Notes under the pieces: generated by a model | The model's database searches: none | Seen by the model: only the letters and a program-made list of their open reading frames with translations | Told to the model about the DNA's origin: nothing | Part shown: one piece after another, positions 48,641-61,488 of the stretch | Numbering within the stretch: the stretch's first letter is position 1 | Layout: each line of letters starts with the position of its first letter | DNA from: Felis catus | Taxonomy: Eukaryota | DNA: 64,000 nucleotides | Assembly: GCF_018350175.1 (NCBI RefSeq) | Contig: NC_058368.1 | Coordinates: forward strand, 226,984,001 to 227,048,000 | Direction of reading: 5' to 3' | Translations under genes and position numbers: made by a program

Positions 48641-49811
48641 AACGGTAGCTGATGCCAGCCTTTCACATATCTGCCCTCATTTTCATTATATATAAACCTA
48701 TGTATTTTTTCTGTGGGCTTCTAGGATGAGCACTGGAGTCCCTCTGGACCCCAAGGAATATCTCATTAAACCAAGAAACATCTCATTAAGCAACTTGCTT
48801 GTCTATGTAAAATCTCAAGGGAGAGACACTGGGGTTCTGGGGTTTTCAGGGGGTCGGGGATGGGAAGAGAACAGTTCTGCCTATGATTGGCAGCTGCTCT
48901 CAGGGGCCCCATTTCCTCGTGACCCACATCCACACCAGCAGAAATTAAAAGCTTATGCTGTCATTTTCACTCCCATGTTCACAGATACTTTTATCAAAAC
49001 TTGCCTTTAAGGAAAAGGATAATGATAAGGTCAAAGCATGCGAAAGTATTCCAAAATCTATCAACTTTGGAGATGATCCTGCCTGTTTTATAGCCTTTCC
49101 TACTTCTCAGTCACGACCATTTGCCGCTGAGCGGGAGCGTTCTTTGCTGCAGAGTTTGGTCGTAGTTTCCATCAGTGCTCGACTATACATCTACCATCAA
49201 CCTGGTATCCTGTGCACCCCACGTGAACTCTTTCAGGTTTGGCTCCGTGTTCGCTTGCATAGCTGTTTGAGGTCTTACAGAAACTAAGAACCTGGTAGGT
49301 TTCTTCAGTTGTTTCCTGAGAACCCTCATCTGTTATATAGAACTTACCAATGTTAAGAGACCATCTAACCCCGGTCCTGTCTGGGTTCCTCCTTCTTCCT
49401 GATGCTGTTCCATTTCCAGCACACCCCCGCCCGGTCCTCCTTGCTTGCTCCTGCAAAAATCCAAAACCCAGACCTGGGAGGAAGGTCACCCTGGCCCGGG
49501 GGTACTCTGCTTACCCAGGGCTGGTAGCACCTGCCTGTCCACCTGCTTGTCCCGTGCCACAACCCAGGACGAAGGTTGGTCTCTCCCAGGCTTGGCACTC
49601 GGCTCCTTCATAATTCCTGATTACCAGTTGATGATTACCTGGCCATTCGGATTGCTGTTTGCCTCTCTTTCCAACGGAACTGAATTTCCAAGGGCATAAA
49701 ACCATTCCCTTGTATCAAGAGAAAGAGTACCTACAAACTAATCAGGAAAACAAGCAAAAAACAAAAACAGACAAACAAACAAACAACCACGAAAAAACCC
49801 CACCAACATGA

Positions 49812-49990
49812 GGAGCTCTGACTCTGGAGTCAGATAGGTCTGAAATTCTAGCTCAAGCAGCCCTACGTGGTTCATCTGGGAAATGTCACTTATCTGTCTA
49901 AGTTTCAATTTCCTCATGTGGAAAATACTGATGACAGGTACCTTATAGGAAGCTTATAAATCTCTGTGAGATAATGTATATAAAATGTTT
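49812..49990 (+). mobile_element. MIR
   Basis: actctggagtcagata...tcaatttcctcatgtggaaaat...gagataatgtatataaaatg. Confidence 0.75.
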
Positions 49991-50291
49991 TACTTTTCAG
50001 TCTCCTTCAAGCATCCCAACACGTTTGATACGTGATTTCGGTGAATATTAACCATTGCTAAGATGATTCACAGGACCCGCGGATTCCACTGATTAGTGAG
50101 TTACTGTCAGGGAGAATAAATCGTAGAATTAGAAAAGGCCCTTGGGGAGCTCGAAGGTGGTGGTCCAGAGATACCTTCATGGATGATAAAAATTGTTACT
50201 TAGTGATAAAAATCAAAAGCCCCTAATAAAGGGCATCGCATACACGTTGTCCAGGAGCATTTCACAGAGGCCTTTGTCAAAGAAGGGGAAA

Positions 50292-50517
50292 TTAAAAAAA
50301 AAAAAATTTTAACATTTATTCATTTTTGAGAGACACAGAGAACAGAGCGTGAGCAGGGGAAAGGCAAAGAGATGAGGAGACAGAATCCAAAGCAGGCTCC
50401 AGGCTCCAAGCTGTCGGCACAGAGCCCGATGCGGGGCTCGAACTCACGAGCAATGAAATGAGACCATGGCCTGAGCTGAAGTCGGATGCTCAACCGACTG
50501 AGCCACCCAGGGGTCCC
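50292..50517 (-). mobile_element. Can-SINE
   Basis: Antisense SINE; no clear TSD. Confidence 0.92.
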
Positions 50518-50764
50518 GTCAACTCATCATTTCAAGTTTTCACGATGAACTGGCGGGAGTTCATGATGTTTAGTTTTCTGCTCATAGGTCACTCTCATTC
50601 TGAGTGTGGGATATTTTCATTAATTCATTGGGATTGGACCACTTTCGTAAGTTTACTCTTGTGATGCTTAAGTGTTTTTGATGATTTCAGTACAGATTAG
50701 TCCTATTATTATGAACTTCATCTTCACTCCTTCTAGAAGAAGAATGAAAGTTAATCTTATAACA

Positions 50765-50990
50765 AGAGCTAAACACATATAAGCTTACTACATGCCAGAG
50801 ACTGTCTAAATGTTTGTAAATTATGAACCCACATGACAATGCTATGAGGTAGGGACCATTATTATCCTTAGTACACATATAAGAAAAACACCCAGAGAAG
50901 TTAAGCTGTTTGCTAAAGTCACACAGCTGGAAAGTGGCAAAGCTAGGAATGGACTTCGAGTGGTGACGTCTGCAGTTAAACACAATCCTG
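50765..50990 (-). mobile_element. MIR
   Basis: ctatgaggtagggaccattattatcc...cagagaagttaag...aaagtcacacagctggaaagtggcaaagctagga. Confidence 0.85.
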
Positions 50991-51700
50991 CAGTACCTCT
51001 AAGATTCATTCATTCACTCCGTAGATAGTTATCACTTACGACTGTGTACACAGGTATATAAATTCTACTTATACAACTTTATGGCTTTAATTTACAACGC
51101 TTGCCACAGCACTTTATTGCAAGATATGCACAAGCGTATTTCACACCGATCATATTTTAATGTTATGGAAACGCCACTGCCGACCCTTGTCCTTTTAATG
51201 TTAATTACGCCGAGCCATAATAGGGAGTCCATTCCTCATCTATTTCCAGAACCATTAGTCTGACACTTCTTTGACTTCTTTGCCATAAATTGACTTAAAT
51301 TACTAAATGCAGGGAATGTTTTCTGGTTTTCTTTCAATGAAAGCCGAGAAAGTTGTTACCTGAAATATGAAAATATACATCTTAAATATCCTCAAAAATA
51401 TCCAAATGTCCCACATCTCTTGACTTTCTCGAAGAGAGGAACTATTGACATGTTCATCATCTGATTTAGAAGTAATCGGCATCAGTGTATCGGCAGTAGG
51501 TAGAGAGGAGAGGAGAGAAAACAATTTGCTTTTTTTCTTAAAAAAGAAAAAAAGTGGTCAAGGTAGTAGGATGCTATAACTGTTCATATCTATCCTTAGA
51601 GCAGAAGCTCCAGACACGGAAATAAGCAATGTATTCATACCACTGATGACAGAATCAGATCGTGAAAATGAGATGTTTGTTTAAAAATATTCCACATTTA

Positions 51701-51918
51701 GGGGCGCCTGGGTGGCTCAGTCGATTAAGTAGCCGACTTCGGCTCAGGTCATGATCTCGCGGTCCGTGAGTTCGAGCCCTGCGTCGGGCTCTGTGCTGAC
51801 AGCTCAGAGCCTGGAGCCTGTTTCAGATTCTGTGTCTCCCTCTCTCTGACCCTCCCCTGTTCATGCTCTGTCTCTCCCTGTCTCAAAAATAAATAAAACG
51901 TTAACAATTTAAAAAAAT
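51701..51918 (+). mobile_element. Can-SINE
   Basis: Full length; TSD atattccacattta. Confidence 0.96.
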
Positions 51919-52429
51919 ATATTCCACATTTAAATTAAGATCATTTACAAATAAGGCATCAGATGTGCTGGTTGCAATGGTTGGACATCACATTTCTAAA
52001 AAGAAAACACGGGCTGCTACTAGAATGTAAATTAATCCAAATCAGCAGTAAATTCAGAGCATCAGTTTCTACAACCACCGTGAGAGGCGCATGGCTTACG
52101 GTTGTATCTTCGCATTCCTTTCCGAAAATACAACTTTACCAACTTCTCTATTATTTGTATACGCTCAGAAGTGCCCTTGTCATAAGTACTCTTGTCTCAG
52201 TTAAACCTTGATTTCTCTGACATTTTAAACCGTTAAGCTGGCTGGCCAGGAATTTTTAAAAGTCTGTTTTGTATGTGCTTTTCCACATCAGCCACTTTGG
52301 GGAAGTGGGCGATTATAAATTCGCCAACTAGGTAATGATTCTCTAACAGCGGCACAGTCACAAAAATAACTTTCCGGAAACGAAAAATTCAATCTGCTTG
52401 CTGTTTAAAGGTTCAGCTCTGCAGGGGAA

Positions 52430-52745
52430 TTCAAAACCTGATCCCCAAACGGTGTGACTTTGGGAAAGTTACTTAACCTTCCTGAGACTCTCAGTACCTC
52501 CTCAGTATAATAGGGACAAAACCAGAAGCGTTTCACAGTATCAAGGTGAAGATGAAGAAGATAATTCATGCGAGGGGCGCCTGGTTGGCTCCGTTGGTCG
52601 GGCGTCCGACTTCGGCTCAGGTCATGATCTCACGGTCCGTGAGTTCAAGCCCCGCGTCGGGCTCTGTGCTGACAGCTGGGAGCCTGGAGCCTGCTTCGGA
52701 TTCTGTGTCTCCCTCTCTCTCTGCCTCTCCCCCACTCATGCTCTG

Positions 52746-52779
<34 letters not shown>

Positions 52780-52890
52780 TGTGTGTGTCAAAAATAAACA
52801 AACATAAAAATAAAAGATAATTCATGCAAAGTGCTTGACACAGTGCCTGGCACATGGAGAGCATTCAGTATCGATGGCCATGAGCATGAT
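52430..52890 (+). mobile_element. MIR interrupted by a SINE
   Basis: tgtgactttgggaaagttacttaacct ... gataattcatgcaaagtgcttgacacagtgcctggcacat. Confidence 0.8.
52574..52813 (+). mobile_element. Can-SINE
   Basis: Full length; TSD aagataattcatgcRa. Confidence 0.96.
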
Positions 52891-53454
52891 AATTACATCA
52901 TCATCCAAAGATAAAATATATTATTTTGCTTTTGTATTCTAAATATGACTCACCTGCATCGCTCTTGACATATATTAATAAAAAGGACAAAGACCAAACA
53001 AATTGTGAGAAATTAAAAAGCATTAAAAATCTGAAAAAGTTACCATTTTCCACAAGCTCTAGTCCAAAGACAGTAGAGTAGGAAGAGCCCCGAAGCTTTG
53101 CTAAGTCCTCACCACGCTGGGCACTTGGCATTCTTTCTCTGTCCCTACAACCACCCTGGGAGGCAAGGTTATACTCTCCTCTATGTGGCCAGAATCAGTG
53201 ACAATCCAGAGAAATGCCCAAACCCCTCCTCAGAGAAAATTGATCCCAATGCACTAAGCCCTTCCTTTCACAGAAGTGACTACTGCACCACATTGACCCC
53301 ACCACTCTGATCCCATCTGGGTTAGACCAGGCATGGAGGTCTCACCAATGGCAAATATTCTTTCGAGTCTATCCACCATCCACATGGACTGGGTGGTGGC
53401 TGGCTAATAAGATGGGGCCTTGCTTGGCGATTTTGAACTCAAGATTCAAAGAGT

Positions 53455-53473
53455 TGGTCAGCAGGGGGCAGTA
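53455..53473 (+). promoter_or_regulatory. Candidate CTCF binding motif
   Basis: TGGTCAGCAGGGGGCAGTA, a close match to the CTCF core (T instead of C at position 4). Confidence 0.5.
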
Positions 53474-53765
53474 GGAGCAGAAGAAACCAGGGGAACGGTG
53501 GCGAGTTACCAAAATGGTAGAGTACTAGCAATACAATCAAATGATTGCTGCTGAGGAGGAAACAGCCCGCCTTTCCCCGGATGGCCCCAGAGACATGCCT
53601 TACACTAAGAGGGAGAATAGAATGGTTACCCAGCATCACTGGGGACCTGCCGAGACTGGGCACCATGAAACTGTTACGATGAAGGACCAAGACATAAGAA
53701 TGAAGCGACAGGTAAACACCATGGTGAAAAGTTAGCAGTAAATACATGAAACTTACACATCCTCC

Positions 53766-53787
53766 AAAGAGAGGGGAGGGAAAGAAG

Positions 53788-53833
<46 letters not shown>

Positions 53834-54045
53834 GAAAGAAAGAAAGAAAGAAAGAGGGAGGGAGGAAGGGAGGGAGAAGAAAGGAAGGAAGAAGGGAGGG
53901 GGGAGAAGGAAGGAAGGAACAAAGGAAGGAAGGAAGGAAGGGAGGAAGGAAGGAAGGAAGGAAGGAAGGAAGGAAGGGAGAAGGAAGGAAGGAGGGAGGA
54001 GAGAGAAGGAAGGAAGGAACGAATGGAGGAGGGAAGGAAAAGAAA
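53766..54045. repeat. Compound (GAAA)n/(GGAA)n polypurine tract, 280 nt
   Basis: Only three pyrimidines (53920, 54020, 54024) in 280 nt. Confidence 0.97.
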
Positions 54046-54459
54046 TACAAGGTGTAATTTTGTTTTCCTTGTAAGCTACTTTCTCAGGACTAAAAGCAGC
54101 TACAAGACTTTATCTTCACAGAAAAAGCCAAGCTGACATTCTTCTGTGTCTGGTATTCACCCACATGTTCCTCAATGCCAAAAAGAGTCCAGTTTGCAGA
54201 GACAACTGTGAAGTTTCAGCAAATTGATTCAGCCACCACCATGGGCCAAGTTTTTTTCTTTTTCAGTTGCCTTTACAATGAACAATGTTTCTTTCCAATG
54301 TAACTGCTGAGTGGACGATGTTTCTAAGAACAATCTATTTCTATTCAGTGTCTCTCCTGGCTCCTGCCAAGATTTCAGTTCTTGTTCTGAGAGCTAGCTG
54401 ACAAGTTTCTACATTTCCCTCACTTCAGCCACTTCAAGATTGTTTTCTCCCTAAAGAAA

Positions 54460-54700
54460 AGAACATATATAAGAAGCAAAAAATATACATATGTCTATAT
54501 ATATACCACACACACATATATATGTAGAGGGAGAGAGAAGGATGTAGATATAAAAGGATATATATAGGGATCATTTCTATATACTCTTTATATCTTTTTA
54601 TATGTGTGTGCATATATATTATGTATGTATATATTTGTGTATACATATATGTATATATACATATACATAGGTACACACATATATGCAGTTTATTATATAT
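54460..54700. repeat. (TA)n/(TATG)n low-complexity region
   Basis: Direct inspection. Confidence 0.85.
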
Positions 54701-56026
54701 CAGGTCACTGGAACTTAGACTAAACCTTTAAATGAAGCTGCGTATAATTTTTTGAAACAGGCACCAAGGAGATAATAGCGTATTTATGGCCCAGATTCTA
54801 ATCTAGAAGTCTTGACTTTTAAATATCACCAGCCCATACATTTCTGCCCCGAAGCTCTTTGCCACATCAAATTACCATTTATGTAAGCATTTGATAAGCA
54901 CTCATTAACTCTCTGACTCTCAAAAAAAAAAAAAAAAAAAAAAGATGTCTATTTCAGCTCATTCCATTTGAATTTCTGATCCGGATAGCAGAGGAAATTG
55001 CAGTTACCCAACCGCTAATCAGATAGATTTCTTCTCAAAGATTGCCAGCGGGGCTTTAGACGAGCAAGCTACATGAGTGTGTGTTACAGGAGGGTGAGGC
55101 AAGGCTGGTAAATTTCCTTCAACTTGTGATCACTGGCCAGAAGCTTAGGCAGCTCTTAACTTAGCAACGGGTGCCAAGGCTAATAAACTGATCTCTTTGC
55201 AGTCCCTCAAAGGATACAACCGTTGGCATTTTAAATAACACCACGAAAGCCATTCTACTTGAGATAAACACCTGGAAGGCGCAGTCTCCAACCAGGAGCC
55301 TGTCCTCTTCCCTAATTACTGTCCTAGAAATTCAAATCAGCCACCGCGCCAGGATCATATTAAAATTCCTACATTATTCCTGACCCCAAGGAGACTGGGA
55401 GGTTCAAAGCGCTCAAGGCGAGCAATAGTCAAGCTCGAACAGAACTTCGTAAAATCATGACCTGCTTTGACACAGCCCTTGGCACATCCTCTCGTTGACC
55501 TAACAACTCTCACTCCTGACCCGACGATTCGGGTTCTTGACGCTTCCAAGGCCTGTGAGGTTGTTAGGTTAGAAGCTAAAGGCAGCAACAAAAGTCAAAG
55601 CAGACATCTGAAGAGAGGAGAAGTGTTAGAATACCAAGCATAGCCTCTGCGTGCTGTGCAGAGTTAAGTATGTCGCATATGCCACGCACAGAGCCACCCA
55701 CCTTCCAATCCGGCCGCCCTTTTCAAGAGTTGAAAACCAAGTCAATACCACTCCTACTCGCGCGGCCCACGTTTCTTCAGTCCAGAGTGACTGCAGCTTT
55801 TCACAGTGGCCCAGTGTCTTATTGATTTTGCAACCAAGGCAGCCTGATCACGTATTACCCAGAGGTCGTTATTTGGTTCCCAGTTGCCATGGGAGATTGT
55901 GCATTGGCCTCTTTTCTTAGTATCAGGGTTAACTTGCCACCAGGTCCTCTACTGCCGGTCCTTGTTTTTTCTTCATGGATAAATGAATTGGATTTACAAT
56001 TCTTGTCAAAAGTTCCGTGCCATACT

Positions 56027-56243
56027 GGGGCGCCGGGGTGGCTCAGTCGGTTGGGCGTCCGACTTCAGCTCAGGTCACGATCTCGCGGTCCGTGAGTTCG
56101 AGCCCCACGTCAGGCTCTGGGCTGATGGCTCGGAGCCTAGAGCCTGTTTCCGATTCTGTGTCTCCCTCTCTCTCTGCCGCTCCCCCGTTCATGCTCTGTC
56201 TCTCTCTGTCCCAAAAATAAATAAACGTTAAAAAACATTTTTA
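56027..56243 (+). mobile_element. Can-SINE (SINEC_Fc-like) with no TSD
   Basis: Low-divergence full-length copy; 5' flank aaaagttccgtgccatact is not repeated downstream. Confidence 0.95.
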
Positions 56244-56425
56244 CACTTACACTACTTGTCTCTTCCTCTTTCCTCTTTTTTTGTAATACCACAATTCATT
56301 ATTTTTGTGAGTCAATCCAGCTCAATCTTTCTCAATAGCTACACCAGCTATTGGCATGCTGAAGTTCACCAGCAGGGGATAAAATATCATGCTTTCTCCC
56401 TAAACCTTAAAAATAATTTTCCGGA

Positions 56426-56643
56426 GGGGCGCCTGGGTGGCTCATTCTGTTGAGCGGCTGACTTCGGCTCAGGCCATGATCTCACGGTCCATGAGTTCGA
56501 GCCCTGCGTCGGGCTCTGTGCTGACAGCTCGGAGCCTGGAGCCTGCTTTGGATTCTGTCTCCTCATCTCTTTGCCTTTCCCCTGCTCATGCTCTGTTCTC
56601 TGTGTCTCTCAAAAATGAATAAATGTTAAAAAAATTGTTTTTT
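56426..56643 (+). mobile_element. Can-SINE
   Basis: Full length; weak TSD taattt(t)cc. Confidence 0.93.
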
Positions 56644-56729
56644 AATTTCCCCTTCTTTGACAAAGGCCTCTGTGAAATGCTCCTGGACAATGTGTATGTA
56701 ATGCCCTTATTAGGGACTTTTAGTTTTTA

Positions 56730-56820
56730 TGTGTCTCCATCTCTCTCTGCCCCTCCCCCGTTCATGCTCTGTCTCTCTCTGTCTCAAAAATAAATAAACG
56801 TTAACAAACATTTTTTTTAA
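56730..56820 (+). mobile_element. Can-SINE 3' half only
   Basis: Starts at tgtgtctcc; has CT run and aataaa tail but no tRNA-like head. Confidence 0.9.
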
Positions 56821-57082
56821 AGAAGAATTTCCTTTAACTGGCTGTGGTAAATGTCCTGATCAATACTGACAGTGGCGGTATCTTTCAAGAGGGTCTAAAA
56901 CACAAAATTTGGGTTAAACTGTATCATTAGGGCCATATCTCTTCTTTCTCGTAGTCGCATGGCCCTCTGGGGGGAGCTCTATCATAAAGAGGCAACGGGG
57001 ATCAAGTTGGCTCAGAGTCTCAGAAGACATTACTGGCTTTGCAATGCCTGGGACCCCTTGAGACAGGATTGGGACTCATCTT

Positions 57083-57119
57083 TTTAAATGTTTTTTTTTT
57101 ATTATTATTATATTTTTGA

Positions 57120-57155
<36 letters not shown>

Positions 57156-57325
57156 CAGCAGGGGAGGGGCAGAGAGAGAGGGAGACACAGAATCTGAAGA
57201 AGACTCCAGGCTCTGAGCTGTCAGCACAGAGCTCAGAGCCCGACGCAGGGCTCGAACTCACAAACCGCTAGATCATGACATGAGCTGAAGTCAGCGCTCA
57301 ACCGACTGAGCCACCCAGGCGCCCC
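57083..57325 (-). mobile_element. Can-SINE
   Basis: 18-bp TSD aggattgggaYtcatctt. Confidence 0.95.
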
Positions 57326-57685
57326 AGGATTGGGATTCATCTTAAGCCTGCATTTATGGGGAGGAGGGGAAGGCCATAAAAAATTCTATAGATGAGATTG
57401 CCCACCCCAGCCCGAGATTACAATATTTTTTTCCTGATTGTTCTCAATCCATTCCTTCCCATAAACATAACCATTTATCCCATGAAAGAATTTTGATATT
57501 CATGTTTTTGTGGCCTTATTTTCTTTCCTCATCCGTGGGCTAAAATGCAGCTATTAGCCATTCTGTATTTCCACAGTTTAGCTCAAGCTGTGCTTTGAAG
57601 TTCTTGATTTATAAGGAGGCACTTTGGACTTACGGGGGGATATTTGAAGAGCTGCCCAAGAGACTGTTTTCGACCTCACAAAAAC

Positions 57686-57890
57686 TTTTAAATGTTTATT
57701 TATTCATTTTGAGAGAGAGAGAGAGCATGAGCTGGGGAGGGGCAGAGACAGAGGGAGAGAGAATTCCAAGCAGGCTCCATGGCTGTTAGCGCAGAGCTCA
57801 ACTCGGGGTTCGAACCCACGAACCACGAGATCATGATCTGAGCTGGAATCGAGAGTCGGATGCTTAACCGACTGAGCCACCAGGAGCCCC
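57686..57890 (-). mobile_element. Older Can-SINE
   Basis: Antisense SINE; degenerate TSD cacaaaaactttt / cacacaagctttt. Confidence 0.93.
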
Positions 57891-58929
57891 TGGCACACAA
57901 GCTTTTGAACGTCTGAGTGCTCCAGCTGCGCCTAACATGAACCACACCAGAATCTATGGGGGTGAAATGCCGACATTATGAGTATTTAGTAAAATTTAGT
58001 AAAATTGCATATGCAGGAGAGATTGAAAACTCCTGCTGTAAAGTAACCAGGAGTCCCTGTAGTACTTGTTCAGCCTCAGACACCCCCAGCCCTGGGTCAC
58101 CCAAACCCTCTTTCTCTCAGAGAGAGGCAAGAGAGCAAGCCCAATCCTCACCCCAAAGTGTACATGGCCTTGTTCTCACCCCAGCGAGTTACCCTGTGAG
58201 AAGAAGGTCCTAGGTCAGCAGATGTTAAGTTTTCAGGCTCTTCAATTATGCATCTTTTCTCCAAGGTGTGTGTGAAGCAGGGTTTTCCTTTGGTGGAAGG
58301 CTCATCTTTAGGGACTCAAAATTCAAATTTGATGGTGTCACCTCTAACGTATCAGTTGTGATTCTCTGGATACAGAGATTAACACAAAAGGAAAGAGAAT
58401 CTGCAAGCATTTTTGGTAACTAGGGCTCTCAAAGGATACAACTCAGAGGAAGGGCTTCACAGGAAGGCCTCGCTCCCAGCCCTGGGGCCCCCCAGGAGGG
58501 TGACTTATGGCTGGGGTCTACCGCTGTGGCCACTCGGGCTGCGGAGCCCCAGAGAGAGTCAGGGTCGGACAGAGAAAAATAGTGAACTCCACACGATAGC
58601 CTAAAGGACCGGTTTTTGAGCACTCTTCAAACCCCTCAAAACCTTCATGGGCTGGATGGAAGAAATGGGTAAAATTGTAGGAGACGAGATATCGTAACAT
58701 TAGGAGCAAAGCTGGAAAAACACACTGAGGTCCCTTTGCACCCGCTTCCCCAGGGTGATGTCTGCAAAGCAGAGGTTATATCAGGGGCTCACGCGCTCTG
58801 GCCATAGTCTGTTCCTATTTGGACTGAGTGTCGGAGAAGAAAACAGATTTGTATTCTCCTCCCAGCTACCCACTTTTCCTATAGTTGCCATCAACCCTCT
58901 TTCCTCCTCCCTGTAACGCTTTTCCTAGG

Positions 58930-59110
58930 AAGCTCATCCTTTCCCAAGGCTTCATCCATGGTGATAACCCTTAACTGCATGCCTTTGGTCCGGACCTCTC
59001 CTCTGAGCCTGAGTCATGTACCCATGACATCTCCTCTCCACCTGAGTCAATGGGGTGCTGAGGGCACAGTTTTAAGACCAGGAACTGAAGGTTTGCCCCC
59101 CTCACCATGC
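58930..59110 (+). mobile_element. L2 fragment
   Basis: ccggacctctcctctgagcct...gacatctcc. Confidence 0.5.
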
Positions 59111-59519
59111 CCAGTTCCCCCATTCACTGGGTGGAAAGATGGACCATCTGAAGCTTCAAGCTGCTGGGAGGGGCATCCTTGGCATGAGGAGGGAAATTTG
59201 GTAAGGTGGTGTTGCAGGTGGAAATGAGTGAGGAGAGGGAAGGGCTACTGAAGGTCAGACTTGGGAATCCCCCAGGGTGAGGAACTTGGGTGGTGACAGG
59301 CTGGGCATCTTGCCCAAGAGGCAAGGCAGGAGATGTATGGGGACTGGGTCTCCCCAGTGAACTGCCCTGGGGACACACTTCAAACTAGGTCCTCTGTTTC
59401 CACTTTTCCACTCTAGCTCAGTATGGAAGAGAACACTTACAATTTCCCCCTTATGCTTCTGATGATTTCTTCCCTAAGCCATGGATGTGGTTCACTTGAG
59501 ATTTTCTAAGGCTTGGGTA

Positions 59520-60510
59520 CTTGTTCATTTATTCAACAGAATAACTCATTGAAAACAATTAATGGGGCATCTCGCGTATGCTGGGCACTATGGTAAGTCC
59601 AAGGACATAATGGTGAACATGAAATCGAAATGGACCATGAGTTTTCTGTGCTTGAAGGAGACTATAAAGAGCTAGACAATAAATATTACATGTGCAAACA
59701 CACACTCATGAAATGATTCCGGTGGTTACAAACACCACGGTGCCATGGATGTGGGTGCTAGGAAAAACGACTTTAGACGTGGCAATCGCCAGAGGCCTCT
59801 CTGACATTTAAGGAGAACGTGAAGAGCACGTATGAGTGGTCCAGGCAGAGGACAATCACTGGCGAGGTGGCTGGGTGAGAAAGGTTTGTGTGCTGACAGG
59901 GCCAAGTGAGGGAGAGGGACAGAAGACCAAGTAGGACCACTCAAGTCATGGTATGTGGTTCAGATTGTACCCAGATGCCTGGCAAGCCACTTAAGTGTTT
60001 ATGCAAAGGCATGGGAAGATCCAAGTAACATTTTTAAAACATTATCTGGTAAGTGGAGAATAAATAGGAGGGTGGCAGAAAAGGAGACAGGAGGCTGCTA
60101 AGGAGGCTGTTGGAAGAGGTGACCATGCAGGGAGTGGAGGAGGAGAAAACTGGTGGGGAAAGTCTAGGTACATTGGTGGATGTGGAATTACTGGTATTTT
60201 GCAGATAGATTAGGCGTGAGGTTTGAAAGAAGGAAAAAGGAAGGCAGACTCTTAGATTTTTAGCTAAAGCACTGTGGGGGGGGGGGGATGTCAAGACCAA
60301 TTCCCAAGATGAGAAATTGGAGAAGAGAGAGATTTGGGGGGCACTAGACATCAAGTGTTCATTTCACACCGATGCTTGCGGAGCAGGACTTTCAAGCAGA
60401 GATGTGGATACATGGCTGCGGGTCCATGGCTCTGAGGCTCAGAGGGGAGGTCTGGGCCAAGTGTATACGTGTGGAGTCATCCCAATAAATGAAGCGTTGA
60501 GAAAGGATGT
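59520..60510 (-). mobile_element. L2 3' region
   Basis: ttcatttattcaaca terminus; gcaagccacttaagtgtttatgca; ggctctgaggctcagaggggaggtctgggc antisense L2 motifs. Confidence 0.8.
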
Positions 60511-60514
60511 CAGT

Positions 60515-60675
60515 GCCTGGGCTTCCTTACAGCATGGCGGTCTCAGGATACTCTCCTTACACGGCAGCCAGCTTCCCCCACAAAACGGGCTCCAGGAGAT
60601 TCAGGCAGAAGTTATAAGTTTTCTTCAGACCTCGTGTCAGAAGTGACAAATCGTCCCTTCCATCATAAACTGTAA
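60515..60675 (-). mobile_element. MLT1 LTR fragment
   Basis: gggcttccttacagcatggcggtctcagg...cagaagtgaca...cttccatcata. Confidence 0.65.
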
Positions 60676-61488
60676 AACCACACTTTGATCGGGTTTTTCC
60701 CCCCAATTCTTCTCTGTAGACCACTTAACTGGGTCTGATTCTTCCAGATTCCACGTTGAAGCTGGGATTTTCTTACGGGCTCCGTATTTAAATCACATTC
60801 TAAAATGTGAAGTTTTTATTTGCAAACCTACTAACAAACAGAAAATATGAAAGAAAGGACATAAATGCAGGGACCTCCTTTTTGGAAGGACGGCAGAAAA
60901 GGCCACACCGAACTCATGAGATAATGAAGAGGAAAGAGAGAAGCCATTTTTCAAAATATTAGTGCTATTTACCATCAAACACAAGAAATCTAACATGGAC
61001 CCAGTTCACAACTGGAGTCAGAATAATCCCCCAAAGTGGTTTTACAAATACAGCGGCTTCCAGCCATGTTCTTTCTCACTCTCTTTTGCCCAAAATCTTG
61101 TTTCTAGAACTGGCATTCTCTCTTTCCGTCTTCGCATGCCCGTTCTTCTCCAAACCACATCTTTAAAAACAATACACCAAAGCTATACAGTATTTTTCCT
61201 CTTTTAGAGGTTTTGAAAACCTCTATTTAATTGAATTCCAGATTGAGATATCCCACCAGTCTGTCTCAACAGTACCTGAAATTTGACTAAAATACTCGTG
61301 CACATAATTATATAAGGAATGTGTTAGGGTTACTGAGACGAGAGTCTTTAATTATGTCAACGTTTTGATAATTAACATTTTTTAAATTATAAGGCACTTC
61401 TGGCCCTGGTCCTAATGATGCCTTAGGAAATGTGTCTCCCTATTTCTACACTAATTTTTTTTCCGAGGAATCTTTTCACTGCCTTCTT

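Noticed and set aside
53439..54057. 203-aa F/L/P/S-rich and 103-aa K/E/R/G-rich ORFs
   Set aside because: Artefacts of the stop-free GAAA/GGAA tract
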